Source: Dehalococcoidia bacterium (GTDB lineage: Bacteria > Chloroflexota > Dehalococcoidia > Bin125). From it: a stretch of DNA of 64,000 nt. Shown piece after piece: positions 38,711 to 48,611 of the stretch. Positions within the stretch are counted from its first letter, which is position 1, and each line of letters starts with the position of its first letter. The notes beneath the pieces are model-generated. The model ran no database searches. It had not been told where the DNA came from and saw only the letters and a list, made by a program, of their open reading frames with translations. The stretch lies in contig CAXXSR010000001.1 in assembly GCA_963662615.2 (NCBI GenBank), forward strand, positions 928,001 through 992,000, read 5' to 3'. Made by a program: the position numbers and the translations under genes.

Positions 38711-39697
38711 CTAGAGCCGCACGCCGCTGCGCTCTGCGCCCAGATACGCCAGCGTTTGGCGCAGTGCGGCACGCAGGCCGAACAGCGGCGCGAAGCCGGT
38801 GGTTGAACGTAGGCGGGAGTCGTCGATGAGGTGGGGCCGGTCCACTAACTCCAGATAGCCGTCAACTCGGTCAGGGGCTCGCACGATCCAGGAGCTGAGC
38901 GTGCTGCTGCGCTGAGCCGCCCGCGCCAGGCGGTACGGTACCCAGACGAACCGCGCGCGGCGGCCCAGCAGCGAGTACGTCTCCTCGGCCAGCGAGCGCC
39001 AATCGCTGTCGATGCTCTTGACGTGGAAGATCCGGTCCCGTGTCTCGCTCAGCTGGTCAATGGTGCTCCAGACGGCCCGAGCCAAGTCCGGGGCGTAGGA
39101 GAGCGAAACGGGCTGACGCCCCCCGTCGATCAAGCGGGGCCGGAGCGTGTCCTGAAAGTGGAGCAAGATCCGATGCACCGGACCGGAATCGCGCGGGCCG
39201 AAGGCCAGGGCCGATCGCAGGACAATCAAGGGGATGCGACGGCGGTAGGTGCGCGCCGCGCGCTCGGCCATCACCAGGCTCTGCGCCAGCGGCGCTTGGG
39301 GGCGAAAGCTCCAGGTCTCGGCCACGGGCCAACTGGGCAATGATTCGCCGTACATCGCGGTGGAGGAGAGGTGAACGAACCCTTCCACGCCCGCGTCCAC
39401 GGAGGCGTCCAGGAGGTTGGTCGTACTCGTGACGTTGGCTTCTTCGTACTCCTCTTTGCTGTGGCCGCTGGTGGTCAGGCCCACGGCGTTGATCACCACC
39501 GTGGCCCCGGCCGCCGCCCGGCGCAGGGCGTCGCGGTCCGTGTGGTGGGCCCGCACGATGGTGAGCCCCAGCTCCGCCAGCCGCTCCACCGGGGCGCCCG
39601 GGCGGATCAGCGCCACCACCTCAACATCGTGACGCGCCAGCTCATCGACGATGTGGCCGCCAATGAAATCGCAGGCGCCGGCCACTACGATGCGCAC
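38711..39697 (-). CDS. NAD-dependent epimerase/dehydratase (extended SDR, divergent YxxxK)
   Basis: GACDFIGG, HLSSTAMYG, FGPRD; LAQSL stands where YxxSK is expected. Confidence 0.78.
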   Translation of the reverse strand: MRIVVAGACDFIGGHIVDELARHDVEVVALIRPGAPVERLAELGLTIVRAHHTDRDALRRAAAGATVVINAVGLTTSGHSKEEYEEANVTSTTNLLDASVDAGVEGFVHLSSTAMYGESLPSWPVAETWSFRPQAPLAQSLVMAERAARTYRRRIPLIVLRSALAFGPRDSGPVHRILLHFQDTLRPRLIDGGRQPVSLSYAPDLARAVWSTIDQLSETRDRIFHVKSIDSDWRSLAEETYSLLGRRARFVWVPYRLARAAQRSSTLSSWIVRAPDRVDGYLELVDRPHLIDDSRLRSTTGFAPLFGLRAALRQTLAYLGAERSGVRL

Positions 39698-39807
39698 CCT
39701 CGCAGTGTAGTCGCGCTCCTCCCGCGAGCCAGAGGAGGCCGCGTGCTAGTCTGATCCGGCCGCGTCCCGGTGGGATGGCGGCGCCTGGGGGCAGAAGGGG
39801 CGGGGAG

Positions 39808-40110
39808 ATGCCGGTTCGACTTCGCCGCGGCCAGACGGTGCTGCGGCTCGAGACGATCTCGCCCCCTCCGATCCAGACCTCGGCGGGTCTCGCCCGGATC
39901 CAGGCCGCCAGCTTCGCGTTCGCATCGCCTCGGGCCGGGGCCTACTGGTTGAGTCCCCGCAGCGTCACCCTGGTCCGCGGCGACGGCCGGCGCGAACAGG
40001 CGAGGGTGGTGGATGTGACCGGCCGGGCAATTGTGGCGATGATCGTGACGAGCATCGCGGTGCCCGCTCTGTGCATCGCCGCGCAGCGAAAGTGGAGGCG
40101 GATGTCATGA
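39808..40110 (+). CDS. Hypothetical protein with C-terminal TM
   Basis: GGGGAG RBS; ATGA overlap with the next gene. Confidence 0.6.
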   Translation: MPVRLRRGQTVLRLETISPPPIQTSAGLARIQAASFAFASPRAGAYWLSPRSVTLVRGDGRREQARVVDVTGRAIVAMIVTSIAVPALCIAAQRKWRRMS

Positions 40111-40520
40111 CAGGCCCAGAGGACGAGGCGCCCTGGTTGGGCGAGCTTCCCCGGTCCGTGACCCGAGTGATGGATGTCGCCAACGCCAACACCGTGGTCG
40201 GCCCCGCCCAAGAGCGTGATGGCCGCACGGTGATTCCGCTGGCGACGGTCGCAGCGGGGTACGGCTTCGGCCTCGGTTTTGGGCGCGAGGCCGGCCAGGA
40301 GCGCGACGAAGAAGAAGAAGAAGGGCTAAAGACCGGCGGCGGCGGCGGCGGTGGTGGCGGGGCGCGCGTGCGCCCGGTGGCCGTGTTGGAGTTTTCGGAT
40401 CAGGGCGTGCGCGTCCATCAAGTGGTGGACAGCACCCGGATTACGGTGGCGTCGTTGCTCCTGGCCGGCTGGTGCGTCTTCTGGATCACGCGGACCATTG
40501 GCGGGTTCCGCCGGCGTTAG
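40107..40520 (+). CDS. GerW/YtfJ family protein
   Basis: VVGPAQERDGRTVIPLATVAAGYGFG...GGGGGG..RPVAVL. Confidence 0.8.
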   Translation: MTGPEDEAPWLGELPRSVTRVMDVANANTVVGPAQERDGRTVIPLATVAAGYGFGLGFGREAGQERDEEEEEGLKTGGGGGGGGGARVRPVAVLEFSDQGVRVHQVVDSTRITVASLLLAGWCVFWITRTIGGFRRR

Positions 40521-40577
40521 CCGCCATCCGGCGACTCCGGCGCTAGCCGCCATCCGGCGGCTCCGGCGTTAGCCGCC
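40511..40577. repeat. 26-bp tandem repeat x2.6 between convergent stop codons
   Basis: CCGGCG(T/C)TAGCCGCCATCCGGCG(A/G)CT units. Confidence 0.8.
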
Positions 40578-41951
40578 CCCCGGCGGCTGGGGCTCCAGAT
40601 CGGCCAGCACCTCCATCTGGTAGTTCAGGCTGGGGTCCCAGAGCATGAAGCCTTGGCCGCCCGCCTCCGCCGATCCCTCGATCTGCGCCATCACTTGGGC
40701 GCGTCCGTAAAACAGCTTTTCTGCCTGATAGTCGTGGAAGTCCTGCAGCCACGGTCGCACCACGACATTGGGGAACGGCCGCAGCCGCTCCACTGCCAAG
40801 CTGACGCTGCTGAGGACCACGAGATACGGATCGGCCGGGGGGTAGTCGAGGCCGAACCATCCCGGCGTCCAGGTGCTGGGGTAGACCATGGGCGAGTAGT
40901 AATCCAGGTACGGAGCCATGTCCTCCAGAATCTGGCCAATGCCGTCGTCGTGGGCGATCACCGTCGTCTGGCCGAAGGTGTCGAAGGCGAGGGCGGCGCC
41001 GACGGCGTGCAGCGCCTGGGCCGCCTCCTGCGCGAACTGGGCGATGATGGCCGAGCGCTCGTCGCTGGTGGTGCCAATGCGCACCGCCGCGCCCGCGTCC
41101 GTGGGCAGACGTACGTAGTCGTACTGGACCTCCTCAAAGGTGCGGGCCGCGTTCACGCCGATCTCCACGTTGTGCCTTCGGGCGAGATCGCTGAAGGGGT
41201 CGGTCCAGGCGAGACCGATGGAGTCCCGAAAGATCTCTCCTTGCGGCGTGCGCACGGCGGTCTCGGGGTAGGCGCGGGCGAGGCGGCCGTCGAGGAAAGT
41301 GACGACCCGCGCGATGCGATGGATCCCCAACCGGCCCAGCTCATTGAAGAACGCTTCCAGATCCGTGCCGGTGTCTCGCACCGCGCCCATGTCGCGGGCA
41401 ATGTCGTTGGCCACCATGGGCAGGACGGCGCCGCCCTCGTCCTTGACGTCGATCACCAGCGACGACACGATGCCCGCACGGGCCAGGCCCAGGGCCCAGT
41501 CCAGGACCGCTTGGCGGCGCAGCTCGTCGTAGGGCACATAGATGGCGCGCACGTCCAAGGGAGCGACGTAGATCACGATGTAGTCGGCGGTGGTCTGCTG
41601 CCGCACGATGCGATACCCGGCCGCCACCACGTTGACCTGGTTCGTGCGGATGGCCGCGGGGATGCTGAAGCGCCCGTGGCGGTCGGTCTGCACTGACCGC
41701 TCGCCCGTGCCCACGTGCGCGCCGGCCAGGCGCACGGCGCGGCCATCCTCCCAGGTCATGACGAGGCCCTGCAGGGGACGATTGATGCGGAGCGGCCCGT
41801 CGGCCTGGGCCGCCTCCTCAACGCGAAGCTGCGGGACGCTGGAGCCGTCTGGAGCGACGCCCACTGCGGTGACGATTGGGGAGGGGGCGGTCCCGAGAAG
41901 GGAGAGCGCGAGTAGCGCCGCGATGGGGGCGGTGAATAGGGGGAGGCGCAT
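40569..41951 (-). CDS. Putative glycoside hydrolase (DUF4015-like), secreted
   Basis: VIDVKDEGG, IARVVTFLD, WTDP, EVQYDYVR, SPMVYPS, RPWLQDF. Confidence 0.85.
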   Translation of the reverse strand: MRLPLFTAPIAALLALSLLGTAPSPIVTAVGVAPDGSSVPQLRVEEAAQADGPLRINRPLQGLVMTWEDGRAVRLAGAHVGTGERSVQTDRHGRFSIPAAIRTNQVNVVAAGYRIVRQQTTADYIVIYVAPLDVRAIYVPYDELRRQAVLDWALGLARAGIVSSLVIDVKDEGGAVLPMVANDIARDMGAVRDTGTDLEAFFNELGRLGIHRIARVVTFLDGRLARAYPETAVRTPQGEIFRDSIGLAWTDPFSDLARRHNVEIGVNAARTFEEVQYDYVRLPTDAGAAVRIGTTSDERSAIIAQFAQEAAQALHAVGAALAFDTFGQTTVIAHDDGIGQILEDMAPYLDYYSPMVYPSTWTPGWFGLDYPPADPYLVVLSSVSLAVERLRPFPNVVVRPWLQDFHDYQAEKLFYGRAQVMAQIEGSAEAGGQGFMLWDPSLNYQMEVLADLEPQPPGGG

Positions 41952-42044
41952 GCGAACCTACCTGCTCGCCCACCCCTCTCTATTGTTCGCGCCGAAGGGT
42001 GGGGCGTCAATGAGGAAAACACCGAGGCCACTGGGGGCGGTGCG

Positions 42045-42410
42045 CTAGGTGCTGCGTTGGGCGTCCGCCTCTGCCGCCGCCTTGAGATTGGACAGCCCCT
42101 GGGTGACGGCCACCATGTAGGGCGTCGCGCCGCGGCCGAGCGAGATGATGTTGGAGACGGCGTGCCGGATGCCGTAGGGAGCGACTTGGACGGCGACCTC
42201 CGTGTGGCCGGACTCCGCCTTCAACGCGTAGCGGTAGCGCACGCGCAGGCCCCAGCCCATGCGGACGTCCAGCACCAACTGCCGCGGCGCCTCCTCGCGC
42301 ACGAGGCTGGCGCGCCCGCTGTCCAGGCCCGCCTGCACTTCGCGCCGGAGGGCGCGCCAGATCACGTCGGGAGAGGCCTGGATGGCGAAGGCGCGCTCAT
42401 TGCTTGCCAC
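42045..42410 (-). CDS. SRPBCC/START-like protein
   Basis: IQASPDVIWRAL at the N-terminus; GLSNLKAAAE at the C-terminus. Confidence 0.6.
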   Translation of the reverse strand: MASNERAFAIQASPDVIWRALRREVQAGLDSGRASLVREEAPRQLVLDVRMGWGLRVRYRYALKAESGHTEVAVQVAPYGIRHAVSNIISLGRGATPYMVAVTQGLSNLKAAAEADAQRST

Positions 42411-42459
42411 GGGCCGAGCCTATCACGCGCCGGCCGCATCCCCTGGAGGCGCCGGCGGC

Positions 42460-43062
42460 CTAATCGGTCGCGGTTCGAGCCTCCGCCTGCAGCGCTGCAA
42501 TGAAGGCGTGCAGGCTCTCCCGGCGAGTGACGTCGGGCGGGTAGGCGAGCCCGCGATTGCGGGGCCAATCGATCAGGTCCACCTGGACGCCGTCGCGGGC
42601 CAGCAGCGCCGCGGTGGCGGCGTCGTCTTCCACGTGACGCACGACGCCCAGGAGGCGCGCACGCTCCCGCTTGAATTGCGCCGCCGGGGCGCCGCTGTCG
42701 TTGAGGTGGACCGCGTCGAGATAGGGGAGGATGCCGTGGCGGTGAAGCCAGCCCTCGGTGGCGGCGCGACCGCGCCAGTTGCGGGCGCTGAGGAGGCTGA
42801 CACGGTATCGCTGGGCCGCCGCCGCCACTGCCGCCGCCGCCTCCGGCAGGGGCGACCGGCCGCCATAGCGGAGGGGGTAGTAGGCCCGCGCCAGCAAGCG
42901 CTCCCAGAAGGTCCAGCCGCCTTCGCCAGGGGCGGCTCCTTCCTGGGTCGCGGGCTGACCCTGCAGGGCGCGATTGATCGTCAGGTTGAGGCCCAGGGGT
43001 GGGCGCGCCAAGACGCCGTCCAGGTCGAAGGTGAGCAGGGGGCGCTCCGCCCCGTCAGCCAT
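42460..43062 (-). CDS. HAD-superfamily phosphatase
   Basis: FDLDGVL, LSAR, K, HVEDD; TGATG coupling with the upstream gene. Confidence 0.78.
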   Translation of the reverse strand: MADGAERPLLTFDLDGVLARPPLGLNLTINRALQGQPATQEGAAPGEGGWTFWERLLARAYYPLRYGGRSPLPEAAAAVAAAAQRYRVSLLSARNWRGRAATEGWLHRHGILPYLDAVHLNDSGAPAAQFKRERARLLGVVRHVEDDAATAALLARDGVQVDLIDWPRNRGLAYPPDVTRRESLHAFIAALQAEARTATD

Positions 43063-44051
43063 CAGATCCAACCGTTCGCCCGATACCAGACCACCGTTGC
43101 CCGCAGCCCCTCCGCCAGTGACGTCCGCGGCGTCCAACCCGTGCAGGCGGCGAGCGCCGTGTTGTCCGACAGCCAAGCGACCTGTCGCATCTCGGCGACG
43201 CGTGAGCTGTCGAGCCGGGGAGGTTTACGGCTGAGGCGGGCAGCGGCCATGCTCGCCCGCGCGGCGATGGCGAAGCCCAGGGCCGGCACGGGGATGGACA
43301 CGATCCGGTGGCCGAAGGCGTCGGCCAGCGCGGCGATGATCTCCCGCCAGGTGTAGGGGCCGGCGCCGTCGCTGAGGTGGAAATAGGGGGACGGGGCCGG
43401 CGCGACGGCGAGGAGCGAGACGACGGCCTCGGCGAGGTCGGGGCCGTAGACGAGATCGAACCGGTTCCAGCCGTCTCCCAACCGCGTGATGAAGCGCCGC
43501 CGCGCCATCTGGAAAAACGGGAGGAGCCCGCTGTCGCGCGGGCCGTAGACCAGGGACGGCCGCAGGATTTGCACGGCCCCGCCCTTGGCGCCGGCCAGCG
43601 CCGCCGCCTCGCCGGCGGCCTTCGAATCGCCGTACGGGGTGATGGGATGGCAGGGCGCGGCCGGGTCAGGGGCATCGCCCTGGCTGCTGGGTCCCTGCGC
43701 GGCCAGCGAAGAGATGTAGAGAAAGCGCGGCACGGCGGCGGCGGCGGCGGCGCGGGCGAGCGCTGCGGTCCCCTGCGCGTTGACGCGGTGGAAGTCCGAC
43801 CCGGTGCGCGCTCTCGTCACGCCGGCCGCATGGACCACGGCGTCCATGCCGGCGCAGGCCGGGGTGAGACCCACGCCGCCGGGGTCGGGTCCGCCCAAGT
43901 CGCCCACGACACGCTCGTAGCGCAGCCCTTCCAGGCCGGAGAGGTCGCTGCTGGACCGGACCAGCGCGCGCAGGTCGTGCCCCGCCGCGATCAAGGCGTG
44001 GGCTGTGTGACCGCCAATAAAGCCGCTGGCGCCGGTGAGCAGTACGCGCAT
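43062..44051 (-). CDS. NAD-dependent epimerase/reductase (extended SDR)
   Basis: TGASGFIG, ISSLAA, YGDSK, RPSLVYGPRD. Confidence 0.9.
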   Translation of the reverse strand: MRVLLTGASGFIGGHTAHALIAAGHDLRALVRSSSDLSGLEGLRYERVVGDLGGPDPGGVGLTPACAGMDAVVHAAGVTRARTGSDFHRVNAQGTAALARAAAAAAVPRFLYISSLAAQGPSSQGDAPDPAAPCHPITPYGDSKAAGEAAALAGAKGGAVQILRPSLVYGPRDSGLLPFFQMARRRFITRLGDGWNRFDLVYGPDLAEAVVSLLAVAPAPSPYFHLSDGAGPYTWREIIAALADAFGHRIVSIPVPALGFAIAARASMAAARLSRKPPRLDSSRVAEMRQVAWLSDNTALAACTGWTPRTSLAEGLRATVVWYRANGWI

Positions 44052-44058
44052 GGCCTGC

Positions 44059-45339
44059 TCAACTGATGATGCTGTGACGCCGTCCGAGCTCGCCGAACAT
44101 GTCCAGGGCACGCTGGAGCTGCTCGTCGGTGTGCGTGGCGATGTAGGACGTGCGCAGCGCCCCCTGGCCGCGCGGGACGGCGGGGAGGATCACGGCGTTG
44201 GTGTAGATCCCGTGTTTCAGCAGATCCTTCCAGAAGACGGCAGTGCGGACCTCGTCGCCGATCTTGATCGGCACGATGGGCGTCTCGCTCTCGCCGATGT
44301 CGAACCCCATCGCACGCAGGCCCGCCCGCATGCGCGCGCCCAGCTCCTGGACCCGCTCCACCCGCCAGGGCTCCTCCTCCAGACAGGTCAGCGCCGCCAG
44401 CGCCGCGGCGGCCGAGGCGGGCGGCAGCGATGCGGTGAAGATCATGGGGCGGCCGAAATGCTTGATGTATTCCAACACGGGCGCCGGCCCCGCACAGAAT
44501 CCACCCACGGACGCCAGCGTCTTGCTGAACGTCCCGATCAGGATGTCCGCTCCCTGCCCGTCGATGCCGAAGTGGCTGGCGGTGCCGCGGCCGCCTTCAC
44601 CCACGGTGCCAATGGCGTGCGCATCATCCACCATCAGCCGCGTCTTGTGACGCCGGCAGACCTCAACGATCTCGGGCAGGGGCGCAATGTCGCCGCCCAT
44701 GGAGTAGACGCCGTCGATGATCACCAGTCGGCCGGCGTCATCGGGCAATCGGTCCAAGATCTCGTCCAGGTGCTCCGGTTCGTTATGGCGGAAGCGCACC
44801 GCCTCACCGGGCGCCATGGCGACGCCGTCGTAGATGCTGGCGTGGACCCCCTTATCGATCACGGCGGTGCAGCCGCGATCGACAATGGCGGAGATGGCGC
44901 CCAGGTTGGCGAGATAGCCGGTTGAAAAGACCAGCGCCGCTTCCGTTCCCAAGAAGGCGGCGATGCGCTCTTCCAATTCCTCGTGGAGCACGCTGGTGCC
45001 GTTGAGCAGGCGCGACCCGGTCATGGAGGGGCCAAGGTTCTCCAGCGCCTCCCGCGCCGCCGCCATCACTTTGGGGTGGCGCGTCAGCCCCAGGTAGTTG
45101 TTGGAGCCCAGCATGAGCACCCGCTGGCCTTGGACGATGGCCTCGTCGCCATAGTTGACGTCGATGGGTTGGAAGAACGGGTACAGGCCCACGGCGCGCG
45201 CCTGGGCGGCGAGCTGGAAGTGGGAGATCCGCTGGAAGATGTCCGTGCCCTTGTAGTCGTGATGGCGGCCCTCGATCTCGTCGAGGGAGAGGCCCGCCGA
45301 GATCGCGGCAACCCGTTCCAGATCTTGGGCCTGCGTCAT
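44059..45339 (-). CDS. Alpha-oxoamine synthase, serine palmitoyltransferase-like
   Basis: LYPFF, GSNNYLGL, GSRLLNGT, STGYLAN, HASI, DGVYSM, DDAH, GTFSK; alternative start 45369. Confidence 0.8.
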   Translation of the reverse strand: MTQAQDLERVAAISAGLSLDEIEGRHHDYKGTDIFQRISHFQLAAQARAVGLYPFFQPIDVNYGDEAIVQGQRVLMLGSNNYLGLTRHPKVMAAAREALENLGPSMTGSRLLNGTSVLHEELEERIAAFLGTEAALVFSTGYLANLGAISAIVDRGCTAVIDKGVHASIYDGVAMAPGEAVRFRHNEPEHLDEILDRLPDDAGRLVIIDGVYSMGGDIAPLPEIVEVCRRHKTRLMVDDAHAIGTVGEGGRGTASHFGIDGQGADILIGTFSKTLASVGGFCAGPAPVLEYIKHFGRPMIFTASLPPASAAAALAALTCLEEEPWRVERVQELGARMRAGLRAMGFDIGESETPIVPIKIGDEVRTAVFWKDLLKHGIYTNAVILPAVPRGQGALRTSYIATHTDEQLQRALDMFGELGRRHSIIS

Positions 45340-45454
45340 GGCATTCCACCGTTTCTCGTTGCCGGCCATGAGCCCGCGCGGGCGCGCAGTCAGTCCGCGC
45401 CGGCGAGGCTGTCGTCAGTGTAGGCAGAACCCAAGGGCAAAGGGTAGCGGCGGC

Positions 45455-46225
45455 CTAGGTCTCGGCCCAGCGGCGTGGCAGGCGCGGTCGCGACCAGCGT
45501 CGCAGTGTCGCGCGGATGCGTGCGCCGTGGCGCTCCAACTGTGTCGCGACGATCATGCCGAAGACGGCGACCGGCACGCCCAGGACGGCGTCAAGGATCC
45601 AGTGGTTGCCGGTCCCCACGATGCTGATCAGCATGATCGTGGGCAGGAGGATCAGCAGCGCCAGGCCGCGACGGCCGCCGAAGACGCGGTACAGCACGAC
45701 GCCGACGATGAGGGCGAATCCCTGATGCATGCTGGGGACGGCCGCAAACTGGTTGACGAATCCGGAATCTCCATACTGGAGCGCGAACACGCCACGGATG
45801 GTGTCCACGAAGCCCGCGGCGGGCAGGAGGCGGGGTGGCGCCACCGGAAACGTCAGGTAGACCAGCAGGCCAATGGCGCCGGCCGCGAAGATGGCGCTGC
45901 GCGCCCAAGCGTAATGGCGGCGGTGGCGACAGAAAGCCCATACCGCGAACGCGATCATGAGCGGAAAGTGACCCCAGAAGTACCACAGGCTCAGAAGCTT
46001 GATCACGAAGTCGTAGCTCAGCAGCGCGACTTGGAAGTTGAGCTCCACGAAGATGCCCATGGCCTGTTCCGTGCGAACCAGGAGGTCGGCGTTGGCGATG
46101 GCGTCCAGCGCCCGATCGGCCGACAGCGAACGCACGATCTCGTACGCCATGTAGGCGCCGCTGACGAGGAGCACCTCACGGGCGAAGCGGATCGCCGGAA
46201 GCCGTTGGGTGGCCTTCTTGATCAT
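45455..46225 (-). CDS. PAP2_3 / AUR1-like (inositol phosphorylceramide synthase-like) membrane protein
   Basis: YFWGHF, FPVAPPR, NQFAAVPSMH, TGNHWILD. Confidence 0.82.
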   Translation of the reverse strand: MIKKATQRLPAIRFAREVLLVSGAYMAYEIVRSLSADRALDAIANADLLVRTEQAMGIFVELNFQVALLSYDFVIKLLSLWYFWGHFPLMIAFAVWAFCRHRRHYAWARSAIFAAGAIGLLVYLTFPVAPPRLLPAAGFVDTIRGVFALQYGDSGFVNQFAAVPSMHQGFALIVGVVLYRVFGGRRGLALLILLPTIMLISIVGTGNHWILDAVLGVPVAVFGMIVATQLERHGARIRATLRRWSRPRLPRRWAET

Positions 46226-46540
46226 GGGAACTCTTGGGTACCCCTACCGCGCCGGCAGTCACTCTACTGCATCAACGGGGGACGCAGCGCCCGCCCGCCG
46301 GTCACGGCGGCGCCGGACCAGGCACGCGTCCGCCGTTGGCGGTTTATGTACTACGGATGGCCGCCATTGCGCAATCCCTCCGGGGGCCTCCCCTCTCTCG
46401 CCTCTCTCTCGCATGGCCGCTTACGAGACCGGCACCATGCCGTCGCCGCGGTCGCAATCCAACTCCGCGTCAACGCCGCCGGCTGGACGCGGAGGCGCGT
46501 GCGAGAACCTCTGGGCGCCGCGATCTACAATCGGGAGGTT

Positions 46541-47038
46541 ATGGGCAGCCCAGCGGTCGCCGAGGAGTGGGTCCACACCCTGTTCAACAAGATCAGCCGG
46601 GCCTACAACGCGCATGACGCCGCTGCCACGGCCGACTGCTACGCCGAGGATTTGCTCTTCACCGTCAACGGCGAACGCGGTCCCCGTGATCGGGATGCCT
46701 TCGTGGAAGCGCTACGCGAACAGTGGCTGGGCTTTCCCGACATTGCCTGCAGCGAATCCTCCCGCCTCATCCGGGGCAACCGGGTGGTCATGGAGTTCAC
46801 GCTGGACGGCCACAACGCGGGACCGTTCCTTGACCGCCCGCCCACGGGGAAGCGCTGGTGCGTGACCTTGAGCTGGATCTGCGAAGTGGCGGACGGGCGT
46901 GTGCGTGAGGTCCACGCCTATGTCGATAACGAGCCGCTGCGCAGGGCCGTGGACCGCGCCGCTCTTACGCCGTCGGCCTCGCCGAGCCAGCTGCCGCCGG
47001 CCTCCCGGTCCTGTAGGCTCCACCTCCTGCTCCTGTAG
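46541..47038 (+). CDS. SnoaL-like/NTF2 ester cyclase
   Basis: AYNAHDA, YAED, GFPD, GHNAGPFLDRPPTGKR. Confidence 0.8.
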   Translation: MGSPAVAEEWVHTLFNKISRAYNAHDAAATADCYAEDLLFTVNGERGPRDRDAFVEALREQWLGFPDIACSESSRLIRGNRVVMEFTLDGHNAGPFLDRPPTGKRWCVTLSWICEVADGRVREVHAYVDNEPLRRAVDRAALTPSASPSQLPPASRSCRLHLLLL

Positions 47039-47103
47039 GCTTCGCCTGGCGGTTCAACCGGCCCCCAGGTGCGGGCCGCGTGCCGCCTGCGGAAGGAGCC
47101 CCC

Positions 47104-47565
47104 ATGTCCGACGGCGCGCGCGAGGAATCCGGCCCGGATCGCGGCCCTGTCGCCCAGACCCGACACGGCGAACTGAGCCTCGATCAGATCGGCGGCATGC
47201 AGATGGGCATGGCGCGCCTCATGCGCGAGTACAGCGATCGCATCTGGAGCTGCTACTACGCCGCCCGCGACGGGAACTGGCCCCTTGCCATCTACATGCT
47301 CAACAACACGCTGAAGCTGCACGGGTACGGGGGCGAGACCCGCCCCAAGATGAAGCCCTATCTGGACCGCTTCGAAGCGGAGCGGCTGCGACCGCTGATG
47401 AACACGGCGGTAGCGGAGGACTGGGCGGCCTTTGAGACGGCGTTCCAGGCCGCGGTGGACGGTGGCAACGCTCTGCACGTGGAGCTGGGCTATCCCTACA
47501 TTCAGTGGACGCTGCCGCCGGACCCTCCGCCCCACCTCCGCACCACGCCCACCGACAGCGCTTGA
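47104..47565 (+). CDS. Hypothetical helical-bundle protein
   Basis: AGGAG RBS; GMARLMREY...NWPLA...NALHVELGYPYIQW. Confidence 0.7.
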   Translation: MSDGAREESGPDRGPVAQTRHGELSLDQIGGMQMGMARLMREYSDRIWSCYYAARDGNWPLAIYMLNNTLKLHGYGGETRPKMKPYLDRFEAERLRPLMNTAVAEDWAAFETAFQAAVDGGNALHVELGYPYIQWTLPPDPPPHLRTTPTDSA

Positions 47566-47721
47566 GCAAGCGCCGGTCCCGGCGCCGAGCGCCCGGGCCG
47601 CCGGCGGGGCGGGCCGGCGGGATGACGGCGCGGTAAATCCTGTCCTTCGCACTATTGCGTACACGCTCCCATCGGCTAGAGTGCTTGCGGCTGGTGGCGG
47701 GCCCGAATGGGAGGGCCCCGC

Positions 47722-48507
47722 ATGCGGATGGACCCCAAGACGGCCGGTGCGTACGGCGCCGGCGCCTTCATTTTCCTGATGATCTTCGGATTGGGCTGGC
47801 CGGGTCCCGGGACTTGGCTGCTCGTCTTCGCGCTGCTCTTCATGGGGGCGGCGGCGGTCGCTTGGTGGCTGGACAGCGTGATGGTGCCCGCGGGCGGGGG
47901 CGCCGTGACGGCCACGCCGCGCTCGTCGCCGTTTCAGCCGCGTCGAGCCAGCGGCGGGCGGCGCGACTCGCGCATGCTCTCCCTGGGCCTGCCCGGACCC
48001 GATGCCAGCGGCCGCTGGGTTCTGCCCAACAAGGTCCACGTCACCGTCCTGGCGGCCCTGATCGGGCTCCTGGCGATGATCCTGTTCATCAGCGGCGCGG
48101 TGGGTGGCGGCAGTCCGGCCGTGGTGGAGGAGGTCCCGGTGGTCCAGCCGAATCCGGCGCTGGACTTCGCGCGGCCGGTGACGCCCATTGTGCAGGCCAG
48201 CACCGATCCGCCCGTGGCCCCCGTGGCGCAGGAGCCGACGCCCATTATCGTCCCGCAGCCCCCGGCGACGCCGCCGGAGCCGGCACGGCCGCTGAACGCG
48301 CCCGCGGCGCCCACCGACCCAGCGCAGACGATCATCCATGACGTGGTCGCCGGTGACACGATCTACGACCTGGCGATCACGTACAACACGTCGATCGAAG
48401 CGATCATGAACGCCAACGGGATCAGCGAGTTCGACACGATCCGCGTGGACGAGCGGTTGATCATTCCCGCCGGGCCCAGCGAATCCTCCAGCGAACCAGC
48501 GGAGTAG
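47722..48507 (+). CDS. Membrane protein with C-terminal LysM domain
   Basis: Three TMs; HDVVAGDTIYDLAITYNTSIEAIMNANGI...LIIP. Confidence 0.85.
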   Translation: MRMDPKTAGAYGAGAFIFLMIFGLGWPGPGTWLLVFALLFMGAAAVAWWLDSVMVPAGGGAVTATPRSSPFQPRRASGGRRDSRMLSLGLPGPDASGRWVLPNKVHVTVLAALIGLLAMILFISGAVGGGSPAVVEEVPVVQPNPALDFARPVTPIVQASTDPPVAPVAQEPTPIIVPQPPATPPEPARPLNAPAAPTDPAQTIIHDVVAGDTIYDLAITYNTSIEAIMNANGISEFDTIRVDERLIIPAGPSESSSEPAE

Positions 48508-48611
48508 CCCTGTTGTGCAGTGGGGGAGGGCGATCGCCCTCCCCCACTCGTTGTTCCCTCAGCTCCCCCTGTGTTCCCGGCAGCTCCGCCTGTTCCCGGC
48601 GGGAGTCCCGC

